Assembly: GCA_037379345.1 (NCBI GenBank)
Contig: CM074520.1
Location: 7,068,001-7,132,000, forward strand
Origin: Perna viridis
Lineage: Eukaryota
Length of the DNA: 64,000 nt
Direction: 5' to 3'
A program made the translations under genes and the position numbers. The notes under the pieces were generated by a model. That model searched no databases. It saw only the letters and a program-made list of their open reading frames with translations, and was not told where the DNA came from. This document shows positions 51,416 to 63,634 of this stretch, piece by piece (the stretch's first letter is position 1; each line of letters opens with the position of its first letter).

Positions 51416-54400
51416 GTACTTAAATTTCATGTCTACTTTATTATGCGTAATTACTAGTACTTGTGTAAACCTCAACTAACAACTATTTTGACGATGCCAC
51501 TCGCCCACAGTGGACAAATCAAGTTGTCCATGCTTTGCCCACCCTTAATGCAGACGTTGGACAGACGTCAACGTGCCCTCTGTGTCAGATGGACAGTATA
51601 GTGTCCACGCCCATGGTATCCGGTGGATGTGTGATAACCTGTTGATTGGATTTAGTCCATGATCAGCAATTTTATTACAATGTTCAAACAGTTGACAAAT
51701 AAAAGAACAGTGTGTCAATCATCAGAATCGTGAGAATTAATTTTCTTTCACGTATAATTGGCCTCGAGCCAAAATTGTGACACCACCAGGTGTGTACTTA
51801 TGAATTAATATAATTAGGTTTTTATATGAATTAAATGCTTTAAACTCTTGTTTTATTTTTTGTTTTCTTTTGTTTTCTATTTCTTACAACCCACATCGTA
51901 CTTAAGTCTCATTATTTAGTATCATCGAAATGTAAATCTGGATAAATTGGAAACCAAAGTTGATATGATTTTTAAAGAAATTCATAAGGCCTTAATTTTA
52001 TAATTTCCAGTTGCTACATGTATCATGTAATAATATTGTACACCTGACCTGTCACCATATTGTTACAAATTGTAAATTTTGATGTTCAAGAAAATCGAGT
52101 ATTTGCGAACTCCTTATTTTACTGACAACCTATTTAACACAGTTGTATTTTCTTAGTGAAAGAATGGATTTGAAGCAGACACGTGCAACTTTAACTTACG
52201 GTCTATAAATAACCAATTTCGGTATTGTGTCATTTCAACAAAATTTGAAAGCAGGAAGCATCTTTGGAAGATAATATATGATCCAGAATTATTGAACCGT
52301 GTAGTTCATGAGTTTTCAAATGGCAACAGATTTAACCGCTTATTATCTGAGCACACGTTAGCCAAATATAGTGATGGGTGAAAATTTCCCCTCTTAAGTT
52401 GAATATGCAGTTAGTTCTTTTCGATTTAGTGTACCAAAGACAATTGAACGACTTATTTCTTCCGTTTTTTTTTTCTTCACTTAGTTCAACAATTTTGGCA
52501 CGATTAGTTCCGTTATTATAAAATAACAGTAGCATACAAATAGTAAATTAAAATGTTCAAGGAAATCGAGTACCTGCGAACTACTCATTTTACCGATGGG
52601 TTCCTTACGTAATAATTCTAACGTTAAACGTTAAACCCCAACAAACAAACAAATAATAATTCAAAAAAAAGAACAAAGTATTTTAAACCAATAACTATAA
52701 AAAAGCTTTGAGTGTGTCAATATCTTATGCAAATTTGATAAAAACCTTTGTAATATCGTCGACCAATCAATGTGTTTCACGATTTATCAAGAGGTGTGTC
52801 CCTGTATTTTGAGCATCATATGAGGTAAATTGACATTTCATTGATATGGCAACAATTATTGATCGTTGAACAACGTGCCTTATTTGCATAGATAATAAGA
52901 AGAGTAATAATACATGAAAGTATTTAAATTTTGACACCGTCATTCAAAAAACATGTAACTTTAAGAGACATATAGAAATAATAAATTATGTTTTCTTAAA
53001 TTTTTCATAACCGTTGACGTTAAATCATAACTTTTCATTTTACTAGACTTTTTAATTAAAATTAATTTACATGTAATTCCCGAAAAATCTTCGCAAATCA
53101 AGTTATTAATCAAAATGCACTACGAAAATGGATTTCTTTTAAAGTGTTATATTTTGAAATCTTGTTATTTTTTAGAATCTTCTGAAACTTTATTCCAGAA
53201 ACATTATTACTTTCATTTTCGAAATATCCATTGTTAGTTTATGAATATACAAATAGGTGAATGACACAAGGGCAATCATATTTTTATATCAATAATTAAA
53301 TGTTCATTGTTCTTGTAAAATCATGCTCAATACAAGTATTTTTCTTTTTACTAAACGTAATAATCTTGTAAAGTATTTGTGATTTTCTTATCATAGCCAC
53401 TTAGAAATAAAATTAATCAATGTGTTTACAACATAAACTTAATTAGTCAAATCAGTATTATCCTCGTAATGTCACTACTTAATACCCGAGCGTGTCACAC
53501 TCAGCCAATATACAGGAAGTGGTCAATTGGCTGCTAATTAATGAGAAGGAATTGTTTGGTAATATTTAGATTAAAGAATAAAAAGAAATATAATTTAATG
53601 TTTTATGATTACAGAACCGTATTAGGGACGTCAAAAGTTTTATTTTTAAATCAAAATTTTGACATTAAAAATCCAGTATAAAATATAAAATAGTGTTTGA
53701 ATCCCCCAGATATAATCTGATAAAAAAAATACAATTCTTCTAGTTTGAATTTTACGACTAACTATATATAGAATAAATTGAACTCATTGGTATCTTTATT
53801 TACTCTGGTGTGCCAACTTTGTAGGCTCTTTTCTGACAATCTCCAATATATTTCAATACTAAAACAGGACAAAAATGAGTGAAAATTTCGTATTTTTGCG
53901 TTATTTTGCCTTTCACTTGTAATTGTTGAAATGGATACATATTAAATTATCATAGTTGTGAGTATTATTCAGATTTTAGCATATTTAAAATTCGTAACAC
54001 CAGCCCACAGTCGTTTTGATTTTATTTTCGAATTTCATGAAGGTTGCACTCATCGTATATTGTCTATTTTTTTATGGTTGTTGACAAAAAAAAACCAATT
54101 TAATACCCCTCAATCATAGTACACACGTGCACGAAGGTCTATTCATAATTAAATCACCTACATGAATACGTCTTCTAAGGTACATGCAAGTGTCGTTTGC
54201 TAATACGCGCCGGTTAACTGTCCAGTTTCAGTTCACAATACTTTAAACCACACCCTCAATATTCCTATAATTTATTACCTGGCAATCAACGTTACTGCAT
54301 CTTTACTTAAAACCACACCCTTGACATTTTATTTAATTGATTACCTGTAAATCAAAGGTCCGAGATAGAAAACCTGCATCTTTAGCCACCGTGAGAAATT

Positions 54401-55444
54401 CATGGCAACATAATGCAGTGCTGTAAAAGGGGATGCAGTTGTAAATAATATCATCTTTCAAAGGGACTGCACATCCAATCTTAGCTGATTTTCTCTAAGA
54501 ATTTTAAATATTATTAGCAACAGGAGGGTGCACTTTTTCCATCACATGGCCGTTAAATAATTTTTCTCAGAGTTCATTTTACAAGATTAGTTGTTGTTTC
54601 GAAATTCATATACATGTAAGTTATGTTGAACTATTCAGTATTTCTGAATATATTCTAATCCAACAATTAACACTTCAATAACGTTAAATCAAAATATCTA
54701 CTATAACACAATTTATTTTTTAACAAGTTATAGCGCTGCACTGTATTAAAACCTGCTGCTACCGTTAATTGATTAACTGTCAATTAAAGAGATCAAATGG
54801 CACCTATCAAGGATACCACGATTTCCTTCCATTTGTTGGCAAATGCTCACACTTCTCTGCTTTAATCTTGCCCACAGGTAATTGATGACTGCCAATTATA
54901 AAGAGGCCCTATTGACACCTGTGAAATATTGTTACCAATAGTTCATACAATTAAATACGCTTCTTAAAATACAACAGGACCGTTAATTTATTACGTAAGA
55001 ATGAGTTTTAACTCCGATTCCTGTTAAAATGAAACAAGATTTAAAAGTGACCACCAGAATGCTTGGGCAACATGGACAGAGACCATTTCCCACCATTGGA
55101 AATGGGAATCGTCAGAATAGTTGTTAGCCGTAGTGTATTTTAGTTAATGCATATATTTATTAATTGGATACGTACACAAGTGCAAAATAAGTATGCTGGT
55201 ATGATTATGTCTTCATCTTTGCTATCCAGAGACATTTGGTGTCCAGACAATACATTAAGTACAAAAATGTATGGATCTCTATGAAAGTGTATCACAGTGT
55301 GCCTTACCACAAAGAGAGGCTGTGATTGATTTTAGGGGGAGTGACTTGTAGTACCATTAAGGAATTAGGGTCCAGAAGCAAGCATTTTCCTGATGTCCAG
55401 ACCGTAACTTGAGTTAAAGTGTAACAGTGAAATCTAGCATTTAG

Positions 55445-55720
55445 TTTTTATATCCCGGTATTATGTGATGCCTTCAGAAAAATTGTATGTCAGTCTGTCT
55501 GTTTGTCTGTCTGTCCATGGATGGTTTGCAGATGATAACTTGTGAACAGATCATTGGTTTTTTTTTATAACTTAGCAAAGGTGTTTACTATTATAAAATA
55601 CAGGTTAGATCAATTTTCAGCAAAATCCAAAATGTGTATTTTTTTGAGTCAAGCCGTTTTGAACATTTTGCAATCCCTTTTTCCACCATTACGTAGAAGG
55701 GTATCACCTTATGTTCCATT
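55445..55720. mobile_element. Helentron-associated (HINE/DINE-like) remnant
   Basis: TTTTTATATCCC start followed by a (GTCT)n microsatellite and GATGATAACT, a layout typical of non-autonomous Helentrons; degenerate. Confidence 0.45.
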
Positions 55721-55782
55721 ACTGCCTTATATTTTTTCATCATATTTTTTTTTATATGTCTGTGATTTCTCTTTTTTTGCAG

Positions 55783-56007
55783 AGAGACAAAAGTCCAGAT
55801 CCTACAGACAGTGCTCCTCCAAGTCTAGAAATATGTGTGAATCCATCCATGTTCACTGTATACTCTACGGTGAGGCAGTCCATATTAGAACAGTGTATGA
55901 AGGAAGCTACACAAATTTATCATCAAAGTCAATCATTACCCTCAGACTCTGACTCTGATGATGATAGAGAAGATAAAAATAAAGAAGGGCCAATTAAATT
56001 GCCCAAG
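55783..56007 (+). CDS. MYCBP2: MYCBP2 exon 3
   Basis: RDKSPD...NPSMFTVYSTVRQSILE...SDSDSDDD...EGPIKLPK, closely resembling the human MYCBP2 N-terminus as recalled (NPSAFNIYCNVRHCVLE...PPIKLPK); 225 nt, AG/GT flanked. Confidence 0.92.
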
Positions 56008-56514
56008 GTAAATTTAGATAGGGTTTCATCCATTTCTATGTACATAATATGAATTACATTGTTCTTACAAAGTTTGGCTCAATAGTTCAACCAGAATGTG
56101 TAGAGGTTCGCCTTGATTGTAATTTAGTAGCATTTTCAATCTTTGTAAATATTTTACTATCATTTTGTATTCTATTGAAAATAATGCATTTTTGAATGTA
56201 ACAATAATTAAATGAAATGTCAGAAGAATTTTCAGAAGTTATTTGATAGGAGCTGTCATGTACAATGTATGACAGGAAAGATAGGTAAACATGAGTTGTC
56301 TGTTTCACAAAAAATTAACAGTGTATAATTAATCAGGAGATAAGACATTACAATACCATTTTCCTTTATGAGGTCATAATGTACAATCAGTTTTACACTT
56401 TTGATACTACAGATCTACATCAGCATGTGAAGTTTAAGTCTGATTTTATTTTTACTGTCAAATTTTGTATAACAAGTAAAGAAACTTGTCCGTCACTTGT
56501 TTTTCTTCTTTCAG

Positions 56515-56668
56515 ATTGTTGGACTTGGGCTGACAGGAGTGTTTGAGTTGGTTAGAGATACAAAAGAAAAGTACCCAGAACTATGTGTTAAAGCTTTGAC
56601 AGCTTTACTAGATATGTTACAAGGACAGCAACCAGAGAGCATGAAATCTGAACCTCCAGAGGTCATAG
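56515..56668 (+). CDS. MYCBP2: MYCBP2 exon 4
   Basis: IVGLGLTGVFELVRDTKEKYPELCVKALTALLDMLQGQQPESMKSEPPEVI; contains the LQGQQPE..SEPPEV motif; donor G|GTAAGT; 154 nt. Confidence 0.94.
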
Positions 56669-57031
56669 GTAAGTGATCAAATGATCAATATATAGAAGTA
56701 TTACCTTATCAATGTTTCTGATTTTTGTCTTCACTATCATACCAAAACTTAAAGTTGATCTATATTCTGTTAATTTGGTTTAAACTAAGACTTCATATTC
56801 TATTAATAGTATTTTTTTATATACCTAAATTCATAACTATGTCTGGCATACAGTTTACAAAAAAACTTCCATAAAGAATCATCTGATTATTTTTACATAA
56901 CAATGCAGTTAACATTTTATCTATATCACTTGTGCAGAGATGCTAAGATTGTATTTGTTTCTGATGAATTACTGGTAAGAATTTTTGCTTACTATGCTTT
57001 TTAACTTTTTATTAAACTCTTTATTTTACAG

Positions 57032-57213
57032 AAAACTTCTTCAACTTGCTTAAGGACATTGCCCTGTGGCCTGACCCAGATAAAGAGTTGTCTGCCCTTG
57101 CTTGCTCTGCTTTACTCAGTCTGGTCATAGCCTTAGGTGATACAGGGAAGTTGTTAACAGCCGTTAGAGCCATGCTGATGGGAGCAGGTGCTTTGTCATC
57201 ACAGGATATAATG
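57032..57213 (+). CDS. MYCBP2: MYCBP2 exon 5
   Basis: ENFFNLLKDIALWPDPDKELSALACSALLSLVIALGDTGKLLTAVRAMLMGAGALSSQDIM; 182 nt, phase 1 to 0. Confidence 0.92.
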
Positions 57214-57635
57214 GTTAGGATTATCTATTCAATCCACTGAAATTCTGTATTACTGATAAGTAATGCATTAACTTCTTAATTAATGTGTATCATGCTCAGT
57301 ACTACGCATCTTGATACACATAGAACTATTTGTTTAAATTCCTACTGTAGTAGTTTGTAGGGAATGTTTGTTATTTCTTGCTTATTCTGTCAGTTTCAGA
57401 ACACATTTTCTCTTGACACCTTTGTTATTTCATGAAGTTAGAAATGACATTGTGATAATGTGCTTAAAAAAATACATTTTTTTTAAAGAAACTGCAGCCA
57501 GCAGTGTTTAAAAATATTTGATAAAATGAAATCTTACAGCAGTCTAATTTTGAGTGACTAATATGTATGTTCTTTTCAGAAATCTCCATAATACCTAAGG
57601 TTTTTAAGTTTGAGGATCATGATTTTATCTTGCAG

Positions 57636-57780
57636 GTTCCAGGAATTTTAACAGGTCTTCAGAAAAGTGTACAGGCAGTATTACTTGGAAAGTCTATCCT
57701 TCCTGATTGGTTAACACAAGGGGTCAAACAGGGGTCAGAGATTGACAAATTTAAAATAGAAGATCTTCCAGATGTGTCAG
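57636..57780 (+). CDS. MYCBP2: MYCBP2 exon 6
   Basis: VPGILTGLQKSVQAVLLGKSILPDWLTQGVK...; 145 nt, donor CAG|GTATTT. Confidence 0.92.
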
Positions 57781-58249
57781 GTATTTACCATGTTTTATCC
57801 CTTCATCTGTGCTCTGATCACATTTTTTCCAGATTTTCAGGTCATTATTCACTTGAACACACTGCAGGGATCAATTTTAAATCCTATTCTGATGGGTCAT
57901 TGACCCTCCAGTTTCATCAACAATGGACAAAAAAATACAGGAAAAAGGCTTTCTAACTGCACTGGATGCAACACATATTAATGATCAGGGATGTTCCAGT
58001 AAAACATACATGGGACCCGGAGATGGCATTTTTAAAAAAAATATATACTTGGTTGTAGGTTGGTGGAAAATGCATCTATGGCACGGTACTGGGCTTAGAA
58101 ATTCGCTTCTGTGAATGGTTGTTGGGAAAATGAAGTAACATTCTGTTGAAAGTTGTTTTTCACTTTCTCGAAATGGTCCAAAATAAATCTCTGTCATTGT
58201 ATAAACCTTTAGTATAGTTGAGTTACGCGCTTTTGTTGCCAGAATTTTG

Positions 58250-58640
58250 TGCCATTTTTACAGGTGTTCCGCCCGGAAATCACCTAGTGTTTGTTTTGAC
58301 ATTATTCTTCTGGTATTTTTGGGGTTTTGCTGTGGAGCAATGGTGCGACCCGAGACACCCAAACATCAGAAAAGATGTCAACTTCCATCGTTTGTTGATG
58401 TGGTTCATAAGTGTTCCTCATCTCTTGATTTGTATGTAGTTTAGACCGTTGGTTTTCCCGTTTGGATAGTTTTACACCAGTAATTTTTGAGGCCCTTTAT
58501 AGCTTACTTTTCGGTGTGATCCAAGGCTCTGTGTTAAAGATCGTACTTAGACTTATTATTATGGTTTATACTTTAAATAAATTGTGACTTGGATGGAGAG
58601 TTGTGTCATTGGCACTCATACCACATCTTCTTATATCTAT
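58250..58640 (+). mobile_element. Interspersed repeat of a family I recall as abundant in mytilid bivalves
   Basis: Ends ...GGCCCTTTATAGCT...TTGTGACTTGGATGGAGAGTTGTGTCATTGGCACTCATACCACATCTTCTTAT; locally CpG-richer than the host intron. Confidence 0.6.
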
Positions 58641-60395
58641 TCAGTGTGTCTGAATTATCATCAAAGCAACTCTTCCACAATTAAACTTGTTTTGAAACTG
58701 AATTTGAACAGTTGTTGAATCACTATGTAGTCATTGCATATTGATATCAAGAATAACCCATTCCAAAACTTTAAAATGAAAGGGTATAGGCTATGGAGTG
58801 AATGTGTAGGTGACAAAAACACCAAATTATCAAAGAACAGGGCTTTTATTTCTGTTCTTCATCTTAGAAATTGTCAGAGAGTCTACAACAATGGACAAAA
58901 TTTCCATACCCTTAAACAAGATAGCCCCCAGTGTGCAAATGAGCAGAATTTTCCATATTGATAAACATCAATATTACTTTATACTCTCTTGTTCCTGACC
59001 TGCCCAGAGTGATGCTTAAATACAGCAGATTTCCAGCTGAAAGTGCTAGGTATACAAGAAGAGAAGTTTTCTTGAAATCATTGATCCGAGATAAAACAAA
59101 TGGATTTTAGGAAACTTCACACAACTATCAAGGCAATCATATGGATACACACAGAAATTTCAACTGGTTAGATGAGATACAAAATAGTTCATGGTAATAC
59201 ACCAGCTTCATATACAGTCACTGTTGTACAGTGTGGATCAATAAAATTCTGCATTATCTTCTATTTCTCTTCACATACCAAATATCATTGACCTGTGATA
59301 TAAAGTGGTTGTTGAAAATTTGCTATGGACAAATACTCTTACAATTGCGAATACCAGAAAGGTAATCCCTATGAAACGATTTTAATGTTCAGATATATGA
59401 ATGCACAAGAGGTAAAAACATTAGTCTATACATGAATATATGCAACATGCAAGAAATAGGCAAAACAATGTATATATATGTTTTTAATCAGTGTCTTAGC
59501 TATGCAAAATGGAGGGGCGCAGCGCCCCGCCCTTCTGCCATATTACCCCCTTAGTGCCCATTTATAATTATCTGAAGATTACACTTTTGTTAATAAATTA
59601 CACTAAGCCAATTAAAAAGTGTCACCTTCATTTACCACATCCTGTCGTAATAAACTCTCAGGTATACCTCAGGTAATTATTGGTAATCATTCAGCTGATC
59701 AGGGTTGTCGGATGATTATCATTTACAAGTAGAAATTGGATCCCGATTGGATCTATCACCATTTCATGGACAGCCAATCATTGGTTAATAATTATTTTCT
59801 TTTGTACAATTAATTTTAAAAATATTTTTCAAGTTGACAGGTCTATGTTATGTAGAGCCATGGATGTAAACAATTGCATGTTACATATGTTTGTTTATTC
59901 AATATGTCTGTTATCTCTGTCAGTTCAATTCTTTTTACAATTTTCTATATCGTCAACAGTACAGGTAATTTTTCAAAAGTTATAATTAGTTGGAGAAAAT
60001 ATGATTTTGAAATTGAATTGGAGCAATATTGAATATTTGTTACATTTCATGCAACATTTTACCTCATAGTATGTCATAAATGTTAAGAATCACTTGCCCT
60101 TAATCTCCTTTATGGTGTGATAGTATACTGCTTTAAATTCTATGAAAGTAATGTTAATTTTTGTCTACACATCATTCTTGTATTATTTAATAAGAACACA
60201 TACATACAAGAAAAGCAAAAAAAAAAAAAAAAGTGAATAAAGACATTTCTGACTTAAAGGAAAGATAAATCTTAAAAAAAAACTTTGAATACACCAATGT
60301 TCCTTTTTGGTTAAAAAAACATGCTGCATGTTAAAGTGCCCTCTTCCCTGCACACCCTCTATTTTCAAATCCTAGCTAGAACACTAATTATGTGT

Positions 60396-60768
60396 AAATG
60401 GAATGAAGCATTCATAAAATCATGCAATGTCTTGCTATTATCTGTATTATATACATGTATGTCACATGCAGCTGAAACATATAAAAAATTAAAGAATCAC
60501 CATGGGAATACTGTTAAAGAATATGTATGAATTTTAATATACAGATAAATGAACGCAAGCAGTAAAAGCACTAGTCCATACATGAATATGTGTAACATGC
60601 AAGTGATAGGCAAAACTACAGAATATGTATAAATGAAATGAAGCATTCATGAAATCATGCTATGTCTTGCTATTATCTGTATGAAATGTCTCACATGCTG
60701 CTGAATTATATAAAAAGGTAATGTATCACCATGGGAATACTGTTAAGGAATATATATAATTTTTAATT
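60396..60768. repeat. About 235-bp diverged tandem repeat (1.6 copies), with a further partial copy at about 59380-59480
   Basis: AATGAAGCATTCAT..AATCATGC.ATGTCTTGCTATTATCTGTAT and TCACCATGGGAATACTGTTAA each occur twice; TAGTC.ATACATGAATAT.TG.AACATGCAAG..ATAGGCAAAAC occurs at about 59422 and about 60572. Confidence 0.85.
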
Positions 60769-60994
60769 TGCTTCTGTTGGTGTCTATTGAGCTTGGGTTT
60801 TTACCTCTGGGTGGGTAGAAGTGGAAAAATATCGCTTCTATGGGAGGTTACCCCAATTTTCAAGTGCCTTCCCCTTGTTCTATGTATGTTTTACTGGAAC
60901 AGCCCTCCTTCATTAATACTGGTTAAGTTGATTCTTGGTTTGTACATTATTTACTTACTTATGGTTTGGCTCTTTTGTACTTCCAAAATATTTT

Positions 60995-61360
60995 TTGTAA
61001 GTTTTTGTAAGAAACAGATCAGAAACATACATGTCAAAAACTCGTTGATCTGACAGTATAATTTCACTCAAGGACACTTTCTATATTTAAATCTCTGCAT
61101 CATGGGATTTGCTCAGAAATTTTTCAGTAGAATTTTAGAAAAATGAGGTTTTTGACAGAGTTAAGTGCCCTAGAAATGTTAATTTTCAGTGCATTTCAAT
61201 GTAATTACAACTCAGTTTACCAAAATGGTATGGAAAATATTGTCTTTACTCTTATTTCCATGATTCTGATGATGCAAATAGTCAAATTAAACTTTCAAAA
61301 TGGTGGGTTTTACATACCATGTTTCACCCACTGCCTGATTCTTACAGAAACTGACACTTA
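60995..61360. mobile_element. MITE copy 2 (same family as 35274-35661)
   Basis: Shared blocks ATTTTCAGTGCATTTCAA, ATGGAAAATAT, CATACCATGTTT and CCCACTGCCTGATTCT; 3' TIR ends GACACTTA. Confidence 0.82.
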
Positions 61361-61380
61361 TATACTTTAAATATTCACAG

Positions 61381-61484
61381 ATTCTAGTCAGAACTCTGCC
61401 ATAGCAAGTGATGGTGAATATCTGTATTTGCTTAATAAAGAAGGAATATTTAAGGTTGGATCAGGATATAAAGGAACTATAAAG
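61381..61484 (+). CDS. MYCBP2: MYCBP2 exon 7
   Basis: DSSQNSAIASDGEYLYLLNKEGIFKVGSGYKGTIK (DG.YLY....G..K.GSGY.GT motif); 104 nt, phase 1 to 0. Confidence 0.93.
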
Positions 61485-61904
61485 GTATTGTAAATTGGGA
61501 AAATATTTGTATTTTTTGTTATTATTATGTAATATACAGCTGATTTGTTATTGCAATTATTTAAACATATCTTTTGAATTTTTTTTGCATTTCTGAAGAG
61601 TGAATTTTCTGGAGATCACAAATCTATCTTGAATATTGCCCAAAAATGTAGAAATTGTAATAATAAATGCTCGGTCATTGTATTGTATTGTATTTAGAGG
61701 TACATTGCTTTTAAAAAATGATGAACTCATAAATGTGGTTTGAGCTAAAAAGTAATAGTCTAGCAGATTTGCATTATCATTCATGAATATCATTCCTCAC
61801 AAAATAATAACATTTTCCAATGTTTTACTTGGATAAGTATTTACTACCATTAATGTAATAAATTTAAGAAGTTATTATCTTACTGAAAATCAATGTTTCA
61901 ACAG

Positions 61905-61970
61905 AGCCATATTTATCAACACCAGAGTGACTTTCCCAAAAGTGCCAATTCCTGGTTAACCTGTGCTGGG
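61905..61970 (+). CDS. MYCBP2: MYCBP2 exon 8
   Basis: SHIYQHQSDFPKSANSWLTCAG; acag acceptor, GGG|GTAAGA donor; 66 nt. Confidence 0.88.
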
Positions 61971-62372
61971 GTAAGATATTTAATTTTATCAGCAACTTTA
62001 TTATTTATTCCATTGCTTTTACTGCCTTATATTTTCTCTTTAAGGCTACAGTCGTAATACTAAAAGCATATCAGCAAATTGCAATGAGGTTATGTCTAAA
62101 CAATTGTGACATTGCCAATAAACAGAATAACAAAAATTGAAATTTATTGATAATCATTCTCTGTCCCTGTCTTTTGTTTTTGTTATGGAACAATGTCATA
62201 TCATAAAAATCTGGTAAAAATTTGAAAAAAAAGACTGTTGTTTCCTTCAAAGAGAATGAATACCATTTCTCATTAAAAGGAATCAATTGAAATGGATCGT
62301 ATGAGTTATTGTATTTCTATTCATAAAAAGAGTGAATTATTTATAAAGCATGCAACTTTCATATTGATGGAA

Positions 62373-62563
62373 TACTGTAAACATATTAATTTGTGTGGTG
62401 TACTTATTTTTGCTGTGGACAGAAAAGCAAGAAAATTACCCCCTGCTAAATAAATTCTTAACACTTCAATATAAATATATATATTGCTAAAACCTGCGAA
62501 TGTGTTCACTTGACAGAATCTGTGAAAATTTGAAAATTAGCGAAAATTGAAATGTTGACAATA
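62373..62563. mobile_element. MITE with TACTGTAAAC-type termini
   Basis: 5' TACTGTAAACATATTAATTT, 3' AAATTGAAATGTTGACAATA (imperfect inverse); internal GCGAA/GCTAAA repeats. Confidence 0.6.
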
Positions 62564-62585
62564 TGTTTTATCTATTTGATTTCAG

Positions 62586-62682
62586 GGTCAGTTATTCTGT
62601 AGAACAGATGACAACACACATCCATGTCTTTCTGTGGTGGACAGCAAAACATTTGACCTCAAAAACTCATTTCATTTAGATG
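62586..62682 (+). CDS. MYCBP2: MYCBP2 exon 9
   Basis: GQLFCRTDDNTHPCLSVVDSKTFDLKNSFHLD; ttcag acceptor, G|GTATGG donor; 97 nt, phase 0 to 1. Confidence 0.85.
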
Positions 62683-62828
62683 GTATGGTTTATTCTGCTA
62701 CTGTCTAAGTCTGATTTTCTTAATTCAGTAATTTAATATGAGCAAGAAATTGTAATTTATAGTCAGTACAAATATTCAGTGTTAAATGACATAAATTTTA
62801 GTAATTTGTGCTTGAAATACATGTATGA

Positions 62829-62863
62829 TGATCTCAAAAACTCATTCCATTTGGATGCTATGG
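62829..62863 (+). repeat. Dead duplicate of the MYCBP2 exon 9 3' end and donor
   Basis: 31/35 identity with 62654-62688; the donor GT is CT in the copy. Confidence 0.85.
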
Positions 62864-63634
62864 GATTCTCTTCTTCCCCCTCTCTTTTCTTAATATATGA
62901 TTGTTTCTAATTAATACATTCATCAAAATATTTATTCTTATATAAGTTGTATTACTTAATCATTCATACAGTGGAATATGATATCTCTTTACCTATGGAA
63001 TGAATTATTTCAAGCTTTAGAAGTTGAAAAAATGGAAGAAAATTAAAATCAGGGAAACAAAAAAATATTTACATTAGATGTTCTTTCCTTGGTCATTTAC
63101 ATCATGAATGGAAGATCTAAAGGGCAAACTGAAGCATTTGTATAGGCTGTGTAAGTCTCACCACATGACTCCATGATTTCATAAGAATAGGTCCTAATCT
63201 ATCATTCAAATTCATTGAAATTTGTCATTTACAGAACATTTAATTGAGTATTAAAAGCGAAACATCTTTCTGTGTAAATATACTGATAAATAAGGAAAAA
63301 TATCTCTTGCTGCATGATTAAATTGTGAAGAAAAGCAATAAATAGAAGATTTTGCCGAGTGTTTCAGTGTTCAACTATGAAGAAAACAACAAAATGTAGA
63401 TCTTTCTTCAGATTTCAATACATTTTACATTGGAAATTCTGGTTATGAAAAGTTTAACTAGAATGAGACTTACAAACCTTATTGGCGCATATTGTAATAT
63501 TACAAAAAAGCATGAAATTATACCCACAGCCAATGACATACAATAAAACACCAAGCAGACTTAGGAAGTACATAAATTGTTTTGATGTGGGGTGACCTTT
63601 AAGAATTTAAAAATCAGCCTTTTAATTATTGTAG

